DNA of 64,000 bases from Longimicrobiales bacterium (GCA_965203485.1 OZ241892.1:800001-864000), one strand, 5' to 3'. Positions 9,928 through 19,064 are shown, numbered from the stretch's first letter. Program-made: numbers and translations. Notes: generated by a model not told the origin, from the sequence alone.

Positions 9928-9945
9928 CGGGGGCGACGTTGCGAG

Positions 9946-11412
9946 CTAGGGCCGACTTCCGCGCAACCTGACTACCACGAACAACGTCTTCAGCAATATC
10001 CACATGTCCCAAAGAGTGTTTCGGTAGCGGACATAGTGAAGGTCGTACTCAAGCTTGACTTGGGTGTCGGCGACGGTCTGGCTATAGCCGCCCTCGACTT
10101 GCGCGAGTCCGGTGATTCCCGGCCTCACGATGGAGCGCAGGTCGTAGTAGGGGATGAGCTTGCGAAACCGGGGAGCGCGCAAGGCGACTTCTGGACGCGG
10201 CCCCACCATGCTCATGTCTCCCCGAAGCACGTTCCAAAGTTGCGGCAACTCGTCCAAGTGCGTTATCCGCAAGAATCTTCCGAGCCGCGTGACCCTCGGA
10301 TCCCGTCGCTCGATGTGCGCTACTCGCTCAGCTCCGACGACCATGGTGCGAAACTTGTTGATGACGAAGGGCTGGCTCCGATAACCGACACGTTCCTGGC
10401 GGAAGAAGACGGGCCGTCCCGAAGTCAGGCCCACTGCCGCGGCCACGAGGAGAAGGACGGGAGAAAGGGCCACAAGAGCCGTTGCCGAAAAGGCGATGTC
10501 GAACATCCTCTTGACGCGGTCGTCCAACGCCTGTCCCCAACCCAGGAAGCGGAACGACAGAGCAACCCAAGAGTCCTCTACGTGGCGAATGGGCAACCTG
10601 TGCGTCAGCAACTCCATGCACGGGCCGATGTCCCTGACTTCCACTCCCAGTCGCTTGCAGAGGATGAGCTGGTGGTATATCGCCTGGCGTCCGGCCAAGC
10701 CGGCGGGCGCGACGGCGACCATTCGTATCCCCGTGGCCGCCACCACCTTCGAGATGTCCGTCGTCGGCCGCCGGCCGGCTTGGCGGCCGTACTTGACGAC
10801 CCGGACCTCGCCCGTCGGCAACGGCGTGAACCGGGCGTCCACGCGGTACGACTTGTCCTCCGCCAGGGCTTCCGCGAGCTCGTCGGCTCCCGGCCCGTGG
10901 CCGAGCACGGCGACGGGCACCGGAGCCACGCGGGCCCGGAGACGTTCGCCGCCGCTTCGCCTCCACAGGACGAGAAGGGGCAGGGTCAGGACATGATAGG
11001 CGACCACCGTTGTGCGCGCCAGTCCGATCTCGGGAAAGAAGAACGAGACGGTGCTCGCCGTCAGCACGCTGAGCCCCAGGCCGAAGAACAGGCGCGTCAC
11101 CATGCTGTTGGCGCGGTGATACACCCGTTCGTCGTAGCATCCGGCCAAGTACAGGCCGCCGACCGAAGTCACCGCCAACAAGGCCGACACGGCGAGGATC
11201 GAGTCCGTGCCGACGTTCGCGACGACGACCGTCGCCGTGATGGTCGCCGCCATGACCAGCCCGTCGGCCAGCAGAAAGATTCTGCCGCCGACGGATCGGC
11301 CGGAATCCGCCGCTGGGCTCGGAAATACCTCAAGCGAGCCCGGAAGGCCGCTGGGCGGCGGGCTTTCTCGGCCCGCCGGCTCTAGGGGGCGTGGCTGGGC
11401 TGAAGTGGCCAT
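9946..11412 (-). CDS. Polyprenyl glycosylphosphotransferase (priming sugar transferase, WcaJ/WbaP-like)
   Basis: N-terminal TM helices; KRMFDI, FFRQERVG, KFRTM, DPRVTRLGRFLR, LDELPQLWNVLRGDMSMVGPRPE, RPGITGLAQV. ATG 11412 preferred over GTG 11463. Confidence 0.93.
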   Translation of the reverse strand: MATSAQPRPLEPAGRESPPPSGLPGSLEVFPSPAADSGRSVGGRIFLLADGLVMAATITATVVVANVGTDSILAVSALLAVTSVGGLYLAGCYDERVYHRANSMVTRLFFGLGLSVLTASTVSFFFPEIGLARTTVVAYHVLTLPLLVLWRRSGGERLRARVAPVPVAVLGHGPGADELAEALAEDKSYRVDARFTPLPTGEVRVVKYGRQAGRRPTTDISKVVAATGIRMVAVAPAGLAGRQAIYHQLILCKRLGVEVRDIGPCMELLTHRLPIRHVEDSWVALSFRFLGWGQALDDRVKRMFDIAFSATALVALSPVLLLVAAAVGLTSGRPVFFRQERVGYRSQPFVINKFRTMVVGAERVAHIERRDPRVTRLGRFLRITHLDELPQLWNVLRGDMSMVGPRPEVALRAPRFRKLIPYYDLRSIVRPGITGLAQVEGGYSQTVADTQVKLEYDLHYVRYRNTLWDMWILLKTLFVVVRLRGSRP

Positions 11413-11423
11413 GGACGAAAAAC

Positions 11424-11450
11424 GGGGGGGGGGGGGGGGGGGGGGGGGGG
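11424..11450. repeat. Homopolymeric G tract (~27 nt) followed by (AGG)3
   Basis: Read directly from the sequence. Confidence 0.95.
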
Positions 11451-11466
11451 AGGAGGAGGACACCGA

Positions 11467-12048
11467 TCAGCCGCCGTCCGGCGGCACGATCATAATGTGA
11501 GCGCCCGGAGTGCCAGGGTGCATGATCCACGGTCCGCCGGGTTGCGGTTCGGGCGAGAGCCCCGTGGACGCCGCGGTGGCGCCCGGGACGTATATCACCC
11601 ACCGCACGCGTCCTTCGCCGGTACGGCTTGCCGTGTCCCAGTCGCCGTCGAAGACGTACTGCGTCGCGGACGGCGACGGCGACGCCAGCGTGCCCGATTC
11701 CATCTCCTCCCAGCGAATCTGGTACCGCTCCTCGTGCGAGACGCTGTCGGCGGACAGCTCCCGCCCGCGTGCGAAGTAGGGTTCCAGCGACGCGTGATGG
11801 CAGGAAGTGGAAAAGCGTTCGCGGGCCGGGTTCGCCGCCAAGCAAATCAAGTCGCCCGAGCCCTCGCGCAGCTCGACGACCGCGCCGTCGCTCGCGTACC
11901 CCAGCACGCGGGCGGCCCCGGCCTTGTCGGCCGGCGCGGCGAGCAGGGCCTGCGCGATCTGCTCGTCCGGGTTCGGAACTTGAGCGTCGGCCACCCGGCA
12001 TGCGGGCACCGCGAGGGCGACAGCGACGGAAAAGCGGATGCGCTTCAT
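11467..12048 (-). CDS. Secreted hypothetical protein
   Basis: MKRIRFSVAVALAVPACRVADA signal peptide, then a globular domain (ALLAAP...LREGSGDLICL...PWIMHPGTPGAHIMI). Confidence 0.8.
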   Translation of the reverse strand: MKRIRFSVAVALAVPACRVADAQVPNPDEQIAQALLAAPADKAGAARVLGYASDGAVVELREGSGDLICLAANPARERFSTSCHHASLEPYFARGRELSADSVSHEERYQIRWEEMESGTLASPSPSATQYVFDGDWDTASRTGEGRVRWVIYVPGATAASTGLSPEPQPGGPWIMHPGTPGAHIMIVPPDGG

Positions 12049-12097
12049 TCGGGAGGCTCTCTTCTGGTGCGGCGGCCAACGGGATCGAACGAGCGAC

Positions 12098-12631
12098 TCA
12101 TGTTGCTGGAAAGCGGACGATCTGCGGATCGTGGTTCTCCGCGACGAGGAAACGCAGCAGTCCCTGCTTCGAGATGCTCGTCGTCTTGGAATTGTCCAGG
12201 GGATGGAAGTTGAGCGGGTCGTCCTCCAGCAGCTCCTCGTCGAGGGCCACGCTGACGACGCGGCCGCGGTCGTTGACCACGGCGAACGGCGACACTGCGC
12301 CGGCCCGAACTCCCAGGTACGCGGCGAGGCGCCGGCCGCTGCAGAATGTGAGCCGCTTCGTGCCCAGCCGCCCTGCGAGCCAAGCCAGGTCCACCCGGCG
12401 GTCGCTCCTGCAGGAGACGAGCCAGTGCCGCTCCTTCTTGTCGCGAAGAAACAGGTTCTTGGTGTGCGCGCCGCGAATGTCGCCACGAAGGCGCCGCGCC
12501 TCTTCGACGGTGAACACGGGCGCGTGGCTCATGGTCCGGTGGGCCACCCCCAGGCCGTCCAGGCGCGAAAGCAACTCTTCGGACGACTTTGGGACAGCGC
12601 CGTCGGCCAGCCGGAGCAGGGCGGAATCCAT
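12098..12631 (-). CDS. ProXp-ala/PrdX (YbaK family) aminoacyl-tRNA deacylase
   Basis: HAPVFTVEEA, TKNLFLRDKK, LGVRAGAVSPF, NFHPLDNSKT. Confidence 0.9.
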   Translation of the reverse strand: MDSALLRLADGAVPKSSEELLSRLDGLGVAHRTMSHAPVFTVEEARRLRGDIRGAHTKNLFLRDKKERHWLVSCRSDRRVDLAWLAGRLGTKRLTFCSGRRLAAYLGVRAGAVSPFAVVNDRGRVVSVALDEELLEDDPLNFHPLDNSKTTSISKQGLLRFLVAENHDPQIVRFPAT

Positions 12632-12650
12632 AATCTTATATAGTGTAACG
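12632..12650 (-). promoter_or_regulatory. AT-rich -10-like element immediately before the ProX start (possibly leaderless)
   Basis: Minus strand reads TACACT-ATATAAGATT-ATG, an AT island in GC-rich DNA; no SD sequence. Confidence 0.35.
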
Positions 12651-12727
12651 ACATGGAGGGCGGCGCAATGACGACTTGGGACGCGACAGCGCCGCCGGGG
12701 AACCCGGCAAGCGCCCGGCTCCGAATG

Positions 12728-13900
12728 TCACGCCGGGCCTGCCGGACGAGCCGTGGCGGGCGGCTGGTCCGGGTTCGCCAGCATGTCGTCGAGGGCGCGC
12801 TCCAAGGCCGTTGCCGTCCGGTCCGCGTCGGTCAGCTTGTCCAGCCCGAACAAGCCGATGCGGAACGTGCGGAAGTCGGCCGGTTCCCCGCAGGCCAGCG
12901 GCACTCCCGCCGCGACCTGGAGACCGGCCCGGGCGAACTTGGCGCCGCTGTGAACGTCCGGATCGCGGGTGTGGCTGACCACTACGCCGTCGGCCCGAAA
13001 GGAAGGGGCGGCGACGTTCCTGAAGCCCCTGGCTTCCAGCAGCGCCCGCACTCTCGCTCCCAGAGCGCGTTGCAGCCGCCTCGTCTCGCCGAACCCCAGA
13101 GCCCGCACCTCGGCCATTGCGGCAGAGAGCGTCCGCAACGCGTCGGTCGGCATCGTGGCGTGGTAAAGCTGGCGCCCGTCCTCGTACGCTTCCATGACGC
13201 GCACCCACATCGCCAAGTCGCATGCGAAGCTGGTGTTGCGCGCGCCGAGGACAGCGGCCAGCGCCGCGGGCCGCAGCATGACCAGGCCCGCGCACGGTGA
13301 TGCGCTCCAGCTCTTCTGCGGCGCGCTCACCAGCACGTCGACGCCCAGCACCTCCATGTCCACCCACTCGGTGCCCGATGCGATGCAGTCCAGCACGAAC
13401 AGGCCGCCTGCGCCGCGCGTGGCTTCGGCCACGGCCTTCAGGTAGTCGGGCGACAGCATGATTCCCGACGCCGTCTCCACGTGCGGCGCGAACACCACGG
13501 CGGGCGGCCGCGCCTCGATCGCGGCAACCACCTCGTCGGCCGGCGGAGGCGAGAAAGCCGGCGGACTCCCCCCGTCGGGCGCGGCCTTCAGCACGTCGCA
13601 TTCGGACGCGATCGCGCCCGCGTCCAGAATCTGGCTCCACCGGTAGCTGAACCAGCCGTTTCGTAGCACGAGGCACCGCCTCCCCGTGGCGAGCTGGCGG
13701 GCCACCGCTTCCATCGCGTACGTCCCCCCTCCCGGCACCACCGCGCAGGCCTGGGCGCCGTAGGCATCCTTGAGCGTCGACGAAATGCTCCTCATCGTCC
13801 GGCGAAAGGCGTCCGACATGTGGTTGAGCGACCGGTCCGTGAACACGACCGAGTACTCGAGCAACCCGTCCGGATCGACATCGGCGCGCAGTCCTGGCAT
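12728..13900 (-). CDS. Class V PLP aminotransferase (alanine-glyoxylate/serine-pyruvate aminotransferase family)
   Basis: Start MPGLRADVDPDGLLEYSVVFTDRSLNHMS; PHVETASG, LDCIASG, SAPQKSW (PLP Lys), FRIGLFGLDK. Confidence 0.9.
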   Translation of the reverse strand: MPGLRADVDPDGLLEYSVVFTDRSLNHMSDAFRRTMRSISSTLKDAYGAQACAVVPGGGTYAMEAVARQLATGRRCLVLRNGWFSYRWSQILDAGAIASECDVLKAAPDGGSPPAFSPPPADEVVAAIEARPPAVVFAPHVETASGIMLSPDYLKAVAEATRGAGGLFVLDCIASGTEWVDMEVLGVDVLVSAPQKSWSASPCAGLVMLRPAALAAVLGARNTSFACDLAMWVRVMEAYEDGRQLYHATMPTDALRTLSAAMAEVRALGFGETRRLQRALGARVRALLEARGFRNVAAPSFRADGVVVSHTRDPDVHSGAKFARAGLQVAAGVPLACGEPADFRTFRIGLFGLDKLTDADRTATALERALDDMLANPDQPPATARPAGPA

Positions 13901-14346
13901 CTCCGCTTCCCATGGGCCGCCCACTGCTGGTTGTCGCGGGTTCGTCCGGGGCGGCGTTGGACGAACACGGAGTGTCCGCGGGCGGAGCAAGGGGTTCGAC
14001 GGCGATGCGCGCGGCGACCTGGGCCGGGCGCGCGCTCGCGTCGGCGCAACGATAGGCCCTGGGGGCGCGGTGCGGCAATCGCGAGGGCGCCGCAGGCCAC
14101 GCAGGGGCGCGGCGCCGTCGTCCCGGCGGAGCGTTACTTTAGGGACGCGCGTCCGTGGTCCGGCGCGCGCTGGCGTCGGGCCGGCGTCCGGGCGCCCAGC
14201 GGTCCTCCCACCAATCCTTGACAGTCGTGTCCACAAGCTCGTCGACGTCCCCGGCGCTTTCAGCGAAGCGCATGTCCTGGGCGAGCCGCGGCAGCCGCGG
14301 CCCATCGGCTTCCCATGCGCTTTCCGCCTCGCCCGCGCGCTCCCAG

Positions 14347-15126
14347 TTGCCGAGCCGCCGCATTGGGTGGTCCGGGGCGGTCGCGCTCGCCCTGGCGGCG
14401 GCGTCCTGGGGGTGCGCGCGCTCTTCCGTCGGCACGCTGGCGTTCGAAGTCGCCCGTGCGCTTCCTCACGACACGCTCGCCTACACGCAGGGCCTCCTGT
14501 TGCGCGACGGCGCCTTCTTCGAGAGCACGGGCCAGTACGGGACATCGCAGTTGCGCCAAGTCGACGTCGAGAGCGGGCAAGTCGTGCGCGCCGTCGATCT
14601 CTCGGCGGAGCACTTCGGAGAAGGACTGGCCGCGGTCGGCGACAGGCTGGTGCAGCTCACGTGGCGCGCCGGACTGGCCTTCGTGTACGACGCGGCCACG
14701 TTCGAAGTCCTCGACACGCTCAGCTACGAAGGCGAGGGCTGGGGGCTCTGCCACGACGGGGACGCCCTCTACATGTCGGACGGGAGCGCCACGCTCACCC
14801 GGCGCGACCCGGCCACCTTCGAGGTCCTGGAGCGCCTGCAGGTCACGCGCGACGGCTTCAGCTTGCGGGAGATCAACGAGCTCGAATGCGTGGGCGACCA
14901 CGTGTGGGCCAACGTGTACATGTCCAACACCATCGTCCGCATCGACAAGCGGACCGGCGAGGTCACCGGCGAACTCGACGCCCAGGGACTCTTTCTGCGG
15001 AGCACGCGCCCGGCCGACTCGGGGGCGGTTCTCAACGGGATCGCCTACGACCCGGCGAGCGGTCTCTTCTACTTGACCGGCAAGCTGTGGGCGCACATCT
15101 TCGAGGTTCGCATCTCGGACGGATGA
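14347..15126 (+). CDS. Glutaminyl-peptide cyclotransferase (beta-propeller type), probable lipoprotein
   Basis: PHDTLAYTQGL, FESTGQYG, FGEGL, QLTW, GEGWGLC, INELEC, VWANV, VLNGIAYD, LTGKLW; lipobox-like ASWGC. Start TTG 14347 or ATG 14272. Confidence 0.93.
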   Translation: MPSRRIGWSGAVALALAAASWGCARSSVGTLAFEVARALPHDTLAYTQGLLLRDGAFFESTGQYGTSQLRQVDVESGQVVRAVDLSAEHFGEGLAAVGDRLVQLTWRAGLAFVYDAATFEVLDTLSYEGEGWGLCHDGDALYMSDGSATLTRRDPATFEVLERLQVTRDGFSLREINELECVGDHVWANVYMSNTIVRIDKRTGEVTGELDAQGLFLRSTRPADSGAVLNGIAYDPASGLFYLTGKLWAHIFEVRISDG

Positions 15127-15722
15127 CGAACGATCGTCGGCGGGCCGGCGCGGGTGCGCGGCCGGCGGCGGAGGGGAACCGGGGGACCACCTTGTCGCAG
15201 TCCAGCGTGCTCTCGATGAGCGACCCTTTGCTTGCCGCGATGAGCGAGCAGGTCGGTGCCGAGCTGGGCGCCTCCGTCCAGTACGTTCTGCTTGCCGGCT
15301 ACTTCGAGGGCCGCGGTCTTCCAGGTCTCGCGCGCTTCTTCCACGCCCAAGCCGACGAGGAGCGCGAACACGCCATGCGCTTCGTCCGGTTCGTGGTCGA
15401 CTCGGGGGCGCAGCTCCGCATCCCGGCCATCCCGGAGCAGAGGGCGGACTTCGAATCGGCCGCGGAAGCCGTCGGCCTGGCCCTGGAGTCGGAGGAGGAA
15501 GTCACTCGCCGGATATGCGCCCTGGTCGACTTGGCGAAGCGGGACCGCCACGCGATCGCGGAGCGCTTTCTGGACTGGTTCGTCAACGAGCAGCACGAAG
15601 AAGTGACGTCGATGCGGGCGTTGCTCGACGTCGTCGAACACGCGGGCGAGGACAACCTCTTGGCCGTGGAGCAGCACTTGGCGCGAGAGGGCAAGGTTCC
15701 GGGGGGGCGCTCGGCCGGATGA
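15123..15722 (+). CDS. Ferritin (non-heme)
   Basis: Ferroxidase motifs EL..S..Y, QADEEREHAM, ESEEEVT, FLDWFVNEQHEE. ATG 15123 overlaps the previous stop; alternative start 15216. Confidence 0.9.
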   Translation: MTNDRRRAGAGARPAAEGNRGTTLSQSSVLSMSDPLLAAMSEQVGAELGASVQYVLLAGYFEGRGLPGLARFFHAQADEEREHAMRFVRFVVDSGAQLRIPAIPEQRADFESAAEAVGLALESEEEVTRRICALVDLAKRDRHAIAERFLDWFVNEQHEEVTSMRALLDVVEHAGEDNLLAVEQHLAREGKVPGGRSAG

Positions 15723-15754
15723 CGCGCGCCTCCGACTGCCTGGAGTAGGTGCGG

Positions 15755-16006
15755 GTGCCGGTCTTCGAGTACGTCTGCGGGCGGTGCGCGCACGGGTTCG
15801 AGAGGCTGGTGCGCGGAGCGGAGCCGTCGGCCTGTCCCGAATGCGGGGCCGCGGAGCCCGAGAAGGTGATTTCGGCGCCTCGCGTCAAGTCTTCGACGAC
15901 GCGGGGCAAGGCCATGCGGGCCGCCCGGCGGCGGGACGCGAAGCAGGCGCGCGACAGGATGCACGAACGAATTCGCTACGAGCGCTCCCACGACCGCCAC
16001 GGATGA
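15755..16006 (+). CDS. FmdB-family zinc-ribbon protein
   Basis: PVFEYVCGRC...FERLV...CPECG...KVISAP. Confidence 0.88.
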   Translation: MPVFEYVCGRCAHGFERLVRGAEPSACPECGAAEPEKVISAPRVKSSTTRGKAMRAARRRDAKQARDRMHERIRYERSHDRHG

Positions 16007-16077
16007 GCAGATCGCGCGCGAGACGGAGAATCCGTTTTCGGCCGTCGGGAGTCGCCACCATCACAAGGAGTCTGCAC

Positions 16078-16479
16078 ATGCATCGCAAACTTGGATCGCT
16101 CGTCGGCGCGCTGGCCCTTTCCCTGGCCGGTTGCTTGCCGGAGGCGACGCTGGACACCGACGCACAGAAGGTGAGCTACGGCAAGGGCCTCGAGGCCGCC
16201 CGCTCGATGGGCGGCATGGGGGACAGCCTTGACCTGGTGGCCTTCTTGGCCGGGCTGACCGACGGCCTGGACGAAGTTGAGCCTGCGGTCGCGGCCGAGG
16301 AGATCGAGGCTGCCGCAGCCCGCTTCTTCGACGGCGCGGGCCGGACGGAGGACGCGGGCGGAGCTGGAGAGAGCGCGGACGGGACGGAGGACGCGGCCGA
16401 GCAAGAGGCCCAGGGCGAGCACGAAGGCAGGAACGCCGGTCAGGCCGCCGACACGACCGGAAGCGCGCCGGAAGGCTAG
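16078..16479 (+). CDS. Lipoprotein with FKBP N-terminal (Mip/FkpA dimerisation) domain only
   Basis: Lipobox LAGC; LDTDAQKVSYGKG...LDLVAFLAGLTDGL, followed by an acidic tail; no PPIase domain. AGGAG upstream. Confidence 0.7.
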   Translation: MHRKLGSLVGALALSLAGCLPEATLDTDAQKVSYGKGLEAARSMGGMGDSLDLVAFLAGLTDGLDEVEPAVAAEEIEAAAARFFDGAGRTEDAGGAGESADGTEDAAEQEAQGEHEGRNAGQAADTTGSAPEG

Positions 16480-17792
16480 GCTCGCAGCCGCCGCGCAACA
16501 TGCAGGAACAGGTTGGCCGCGGTCCTTCCCCCTAGGAACGCCAGCGCGGCCGTCGCCGCGCCGGTGAGTGCGCCGTACTGGTCGACCACGAAGAAGATCG
16601 AGGCGACGGCCGTGAGCTCGAGGGCCGTTGCGCTCGTGATCGTGATCGTCCGGCGATCCAGCACCTGCTTGGCCCGCTGGCACGACAGCCAGACGGAGAG
16701 CGCCGGCAGCGGCACGAGGATCATCGTGGGCGCGCGGGCGTGGGCGGCGAGTTCGGGCGCCAGCCCGGACACGCGTTCGAACCAGAGGCCGAAGAGGGGC
16801 GTGAACGCGGCCAGGGCCAGACCTGCCGCCGAGGCCGCGGCAAGCAGGGCGCCGAACCGGTCCAGGGCCGCGAAGTTGCGCCGGTCCGCGCTTCCCAGAG
16901 CGATCACCGCCTCTTGGTAGCTGAGCCCCACGGCGCGGAACAGGAAGGCCAGCGCGTGGACCACCGGAAAGACGGCCAGCGACTCCAAGGGGGCCCGCCC
17001 GCGGGTCATGAAGAAGGTGGCCAGCGGTTGGGTGGCCAAGTTCATCATCGCGGTGAGCGCCAGCGGATAGTAGAAGGCGAAGATCCCCCGCCAGCCCAGC
17101 TGGGGGCCCGGGCCGGACGGCTCGGCGAGAAAGCGCCGGATGACGCGCCCCGCCATGACGCGGGCGGCCGCCGCTTCGACGCACACGGCCGCCACTAGGG
17201 CGGCGGCGCCCGCCCACGCTCCCGGGGCCACGGGGAAGGTCGCCGTCAGCGCCACGACGGCGGACAGCGTTGCCAGCCTGAGGACGGTGCCCGCCGCCAC
17301 TTGGCGGGTCTTGCCGGAGCGAATCATGACGCCGTGCACGAAGCGGCGGTAGCCGATCGCCGCGGCCCACGGCAAATAGATCCACAGCGCGCCGTGGACC
17401 AGCCGAGCGATCTCGGGCGGCAGCTTCAGCAGCCCCAGGGCCATCGCGTCGAACACCGGCGGAACCAGCATCAAGCAGAGGAGGCCCGTGGCGAAGGCGT
17501 TCACGGCGGCGCTGAAGCGGCGAAGCCGGCGGTAGCTGCCGCCGTCCTGCACCAGGGCCGTCGCGGCGCTCATCAGCATCATGACGGGCGCCTCGACCAG
17601 GATCGCGATCGCGAACGCGACCCCGTGCGCCGCCAAGTTGATCGCGGGATCGGGCATGCGCGCGATCGCGGCGGCCAAGATCGGTCCCTCCAAGGCCATC
17701 ATGATCCACGTGGCCGCCAACGGGTGCCAAAAGCGGGCGATGCTCCGGCCGGAGAGAGGCACCCCTGCCGCTGGGCCGGCGCCTGAGTTCAT
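16476..17792 (-). CDS. MOP-superfamily (MATE/ANKH-like) membrane transporter
   Basis: Many TM helices in two similar halves (IARFWHPLAATW / IFAFYYPLALTA; LAAHGV / LAVFPV). Confidence 0.72.
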   Translation of the reverse strand: MNSGAGPAAGVPLSGRSIARFWHPLAATWIMMALEGPILAAAIARMPDPAINLAAHGVAFAIAILVEAPVMMLMSAATALVQDGGSYRRLRRFSAAVNAFATGLLCLMLVPPVFDAMALGLLKLPPEIARLVHGALWIYLPWAAAIGYRRFVHGVMIRSGKTRQVAAGTVLRLATLSAVVALTATFPVAPGAWAGAAALVAAVCVEAAAARVMAGRVIRRFLAEPSGPGPQLGWRGIFAFYYPLALTAMMNLATQPLATFFMTRGRAPLESLAVFPVVHALAFLFRAVGLSYQEAVIALGSADRRNFAALDRFGALLAAASAAGLALAAFTPLFGLWFERVSGLAPELAAHARAPTMILVPLPALSVWLSCQRAKQVLDRRTITITSATALELTAVASIFFVVDQYGALTGAATAALAFLGGRTAANLFLHVARRLRA

Positions 17793-18032
17793 TGGGGCCT
17801 GCCCTGTGACGGCAAGAGGGGCGGTTGGCGGGGGAGGGGGGCGGGATTGCCTGGGCGCTTCGCTTCGCCGCAACGAGGGCCACCCGGGTCGCGGCCCCGT
17901 CGGCTGGAGGGCGGCCGGGCGCCGAGCGGATGCGGACAAGAGACGAGACGGCGCTCGCCTGCCCGGAGCCCCGCCTTCGTTGTAACTTACGCCCGTGGCC
18001 GCACTCCGCCTCCGCCTCTCCGAGCGTCCGCC

Positions 18033-19064
18033 GTGATCGACCTGCGAAGCGACACCGTCACAAAGCCCAGTCCAGCCATGCGGGATGCCATGGCGCGCGC
18101 GCCCGTGGGCGACGACGTCTACGGCGACGATCCCACGGTTCGCCGACTCGAGTCGAGAACGGCCGAGGTGCTTGGCAAGGAGGCCGCCGTCTACGTGCCT
18201 ACCGGCACGATGGCGAACCAAGCATCGATTCGGGCGCACACCCAGGCGGGCGACCGCGTGATGATGGACTGGGGAACCCATTCCGTGCGCTCGGAGGGGG
18301 GCGGCCCGGCCGCGCTCTCGGGCGTGACGGCCGACCGGATTCGCGGCGCGAGGGGCGTGTTCACCGCCGACCAGCTCGAATCGGCCGTGGGCGTCGTGCG
18401 CGAGAGCGACTTCTGCACGCCGAGGCCTACGCTCGTGTGCGTCGAGAACACCCACAACGCGGGCGGTGGCGCGGTCTGGCCGGTGGACGTCCTCGACGAG
18501 GTTGTCGCTGCAGCCCGATCGATGGGTCTCGCCACGCACCTCGACGGCGCCCGGCTCTGGAACGCGACCGCGGCGACTGGAATTGCGGCGTCGCGCTGGG
18601 CAGCCGGGTTCGACAGCGTGTCCGTCTGCTTCTCCAAGGGCCTGGGCGCGCCCATGGGATCGGCGGTCGCCGGGTCGCGGGACTTCGCGCGGCGCGTTCG
18701 CAGGTTCAAGCAGCTCTTCGGCGGCGGCTTTCGCCAAGCCGGAATAGTCGCCGCGGGCGCGTTGCACGCGCTGGAGCATCACCGCGGCGGCCTGGGGGCG
18801 GACCACGACAAGGCGGGCGTGCTGGCCCGGGGGCTTGCAACGCTTTCCGGCGTGGCCGTCGGGCCGGTCGAGACCAACATCGTGCGCTTCGATGTGGATG
18901 CGCCCGCCCGCGACTTCGTGGCCGCTTGCCGCGACGGGGGCGTGTCCATGCTCGACACGGGACCGCGCCAAGTGCGCGCGGTAACGCACCGGGACGTGTC
19001 GGCGGCGGATATTGAACGGGCGTCCGAAGTCATCGCCTGCACGTGGAAGCGCCTGCAGGCGTGA
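18033..19064 (+). CDS. ltaE: Low-specificity L-threonine aldolase
   Basis: IDLRSDTVT, GDDVYGDDPTV, PTGTMAN, ENTHN, HLDGARLWNA, CFSKGLGAP. Confidence 0.95.
   Translation: MIDLRSDTVTKPSPAMRDAMARAPVGDDVYGDDPTVRRLESRTAEVLGKEAAVYVPTGTMANQASIRAHTQAGDRVMMDWGTHSVRSEGGGPAALSGVTADRIRGARGVFTADQLESAVGVVRESDFCTPRPTLVCVENTHNAGGGAVWPVDVLDEVVAAARSMGLATHLDGARLWNATAATGIAASRWAAGFDSVSVCFSKGLGAPMGSAVAGSRDFARRVRRFKQLFGGGFRQAGIVAAGALHALEHHRGGLGADHDKAGVLARGLATLSGVAVGPVETNIVRFDVDAPARDFVAACRDGGVSMLDTGPRQVRAVTHRDVSAADIERASEVIACTWKRLQA

Noticed and set aside
13975..14215. tmRNA-like start (GGGGTTCGACGG) and a later CTCCCACCA
   Set aside because: No T-arm, no pairing acceptor stem and no tag reading frame; the span is too short.
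14139..14435. 98-aa minus-strand ORF with protein-like segment VDELVDTTVKDWWEDRW
   Set aside because: It overlaps the glutaminyl cyclase 5' region and has no recognisable family or RBS; at most a remnant.
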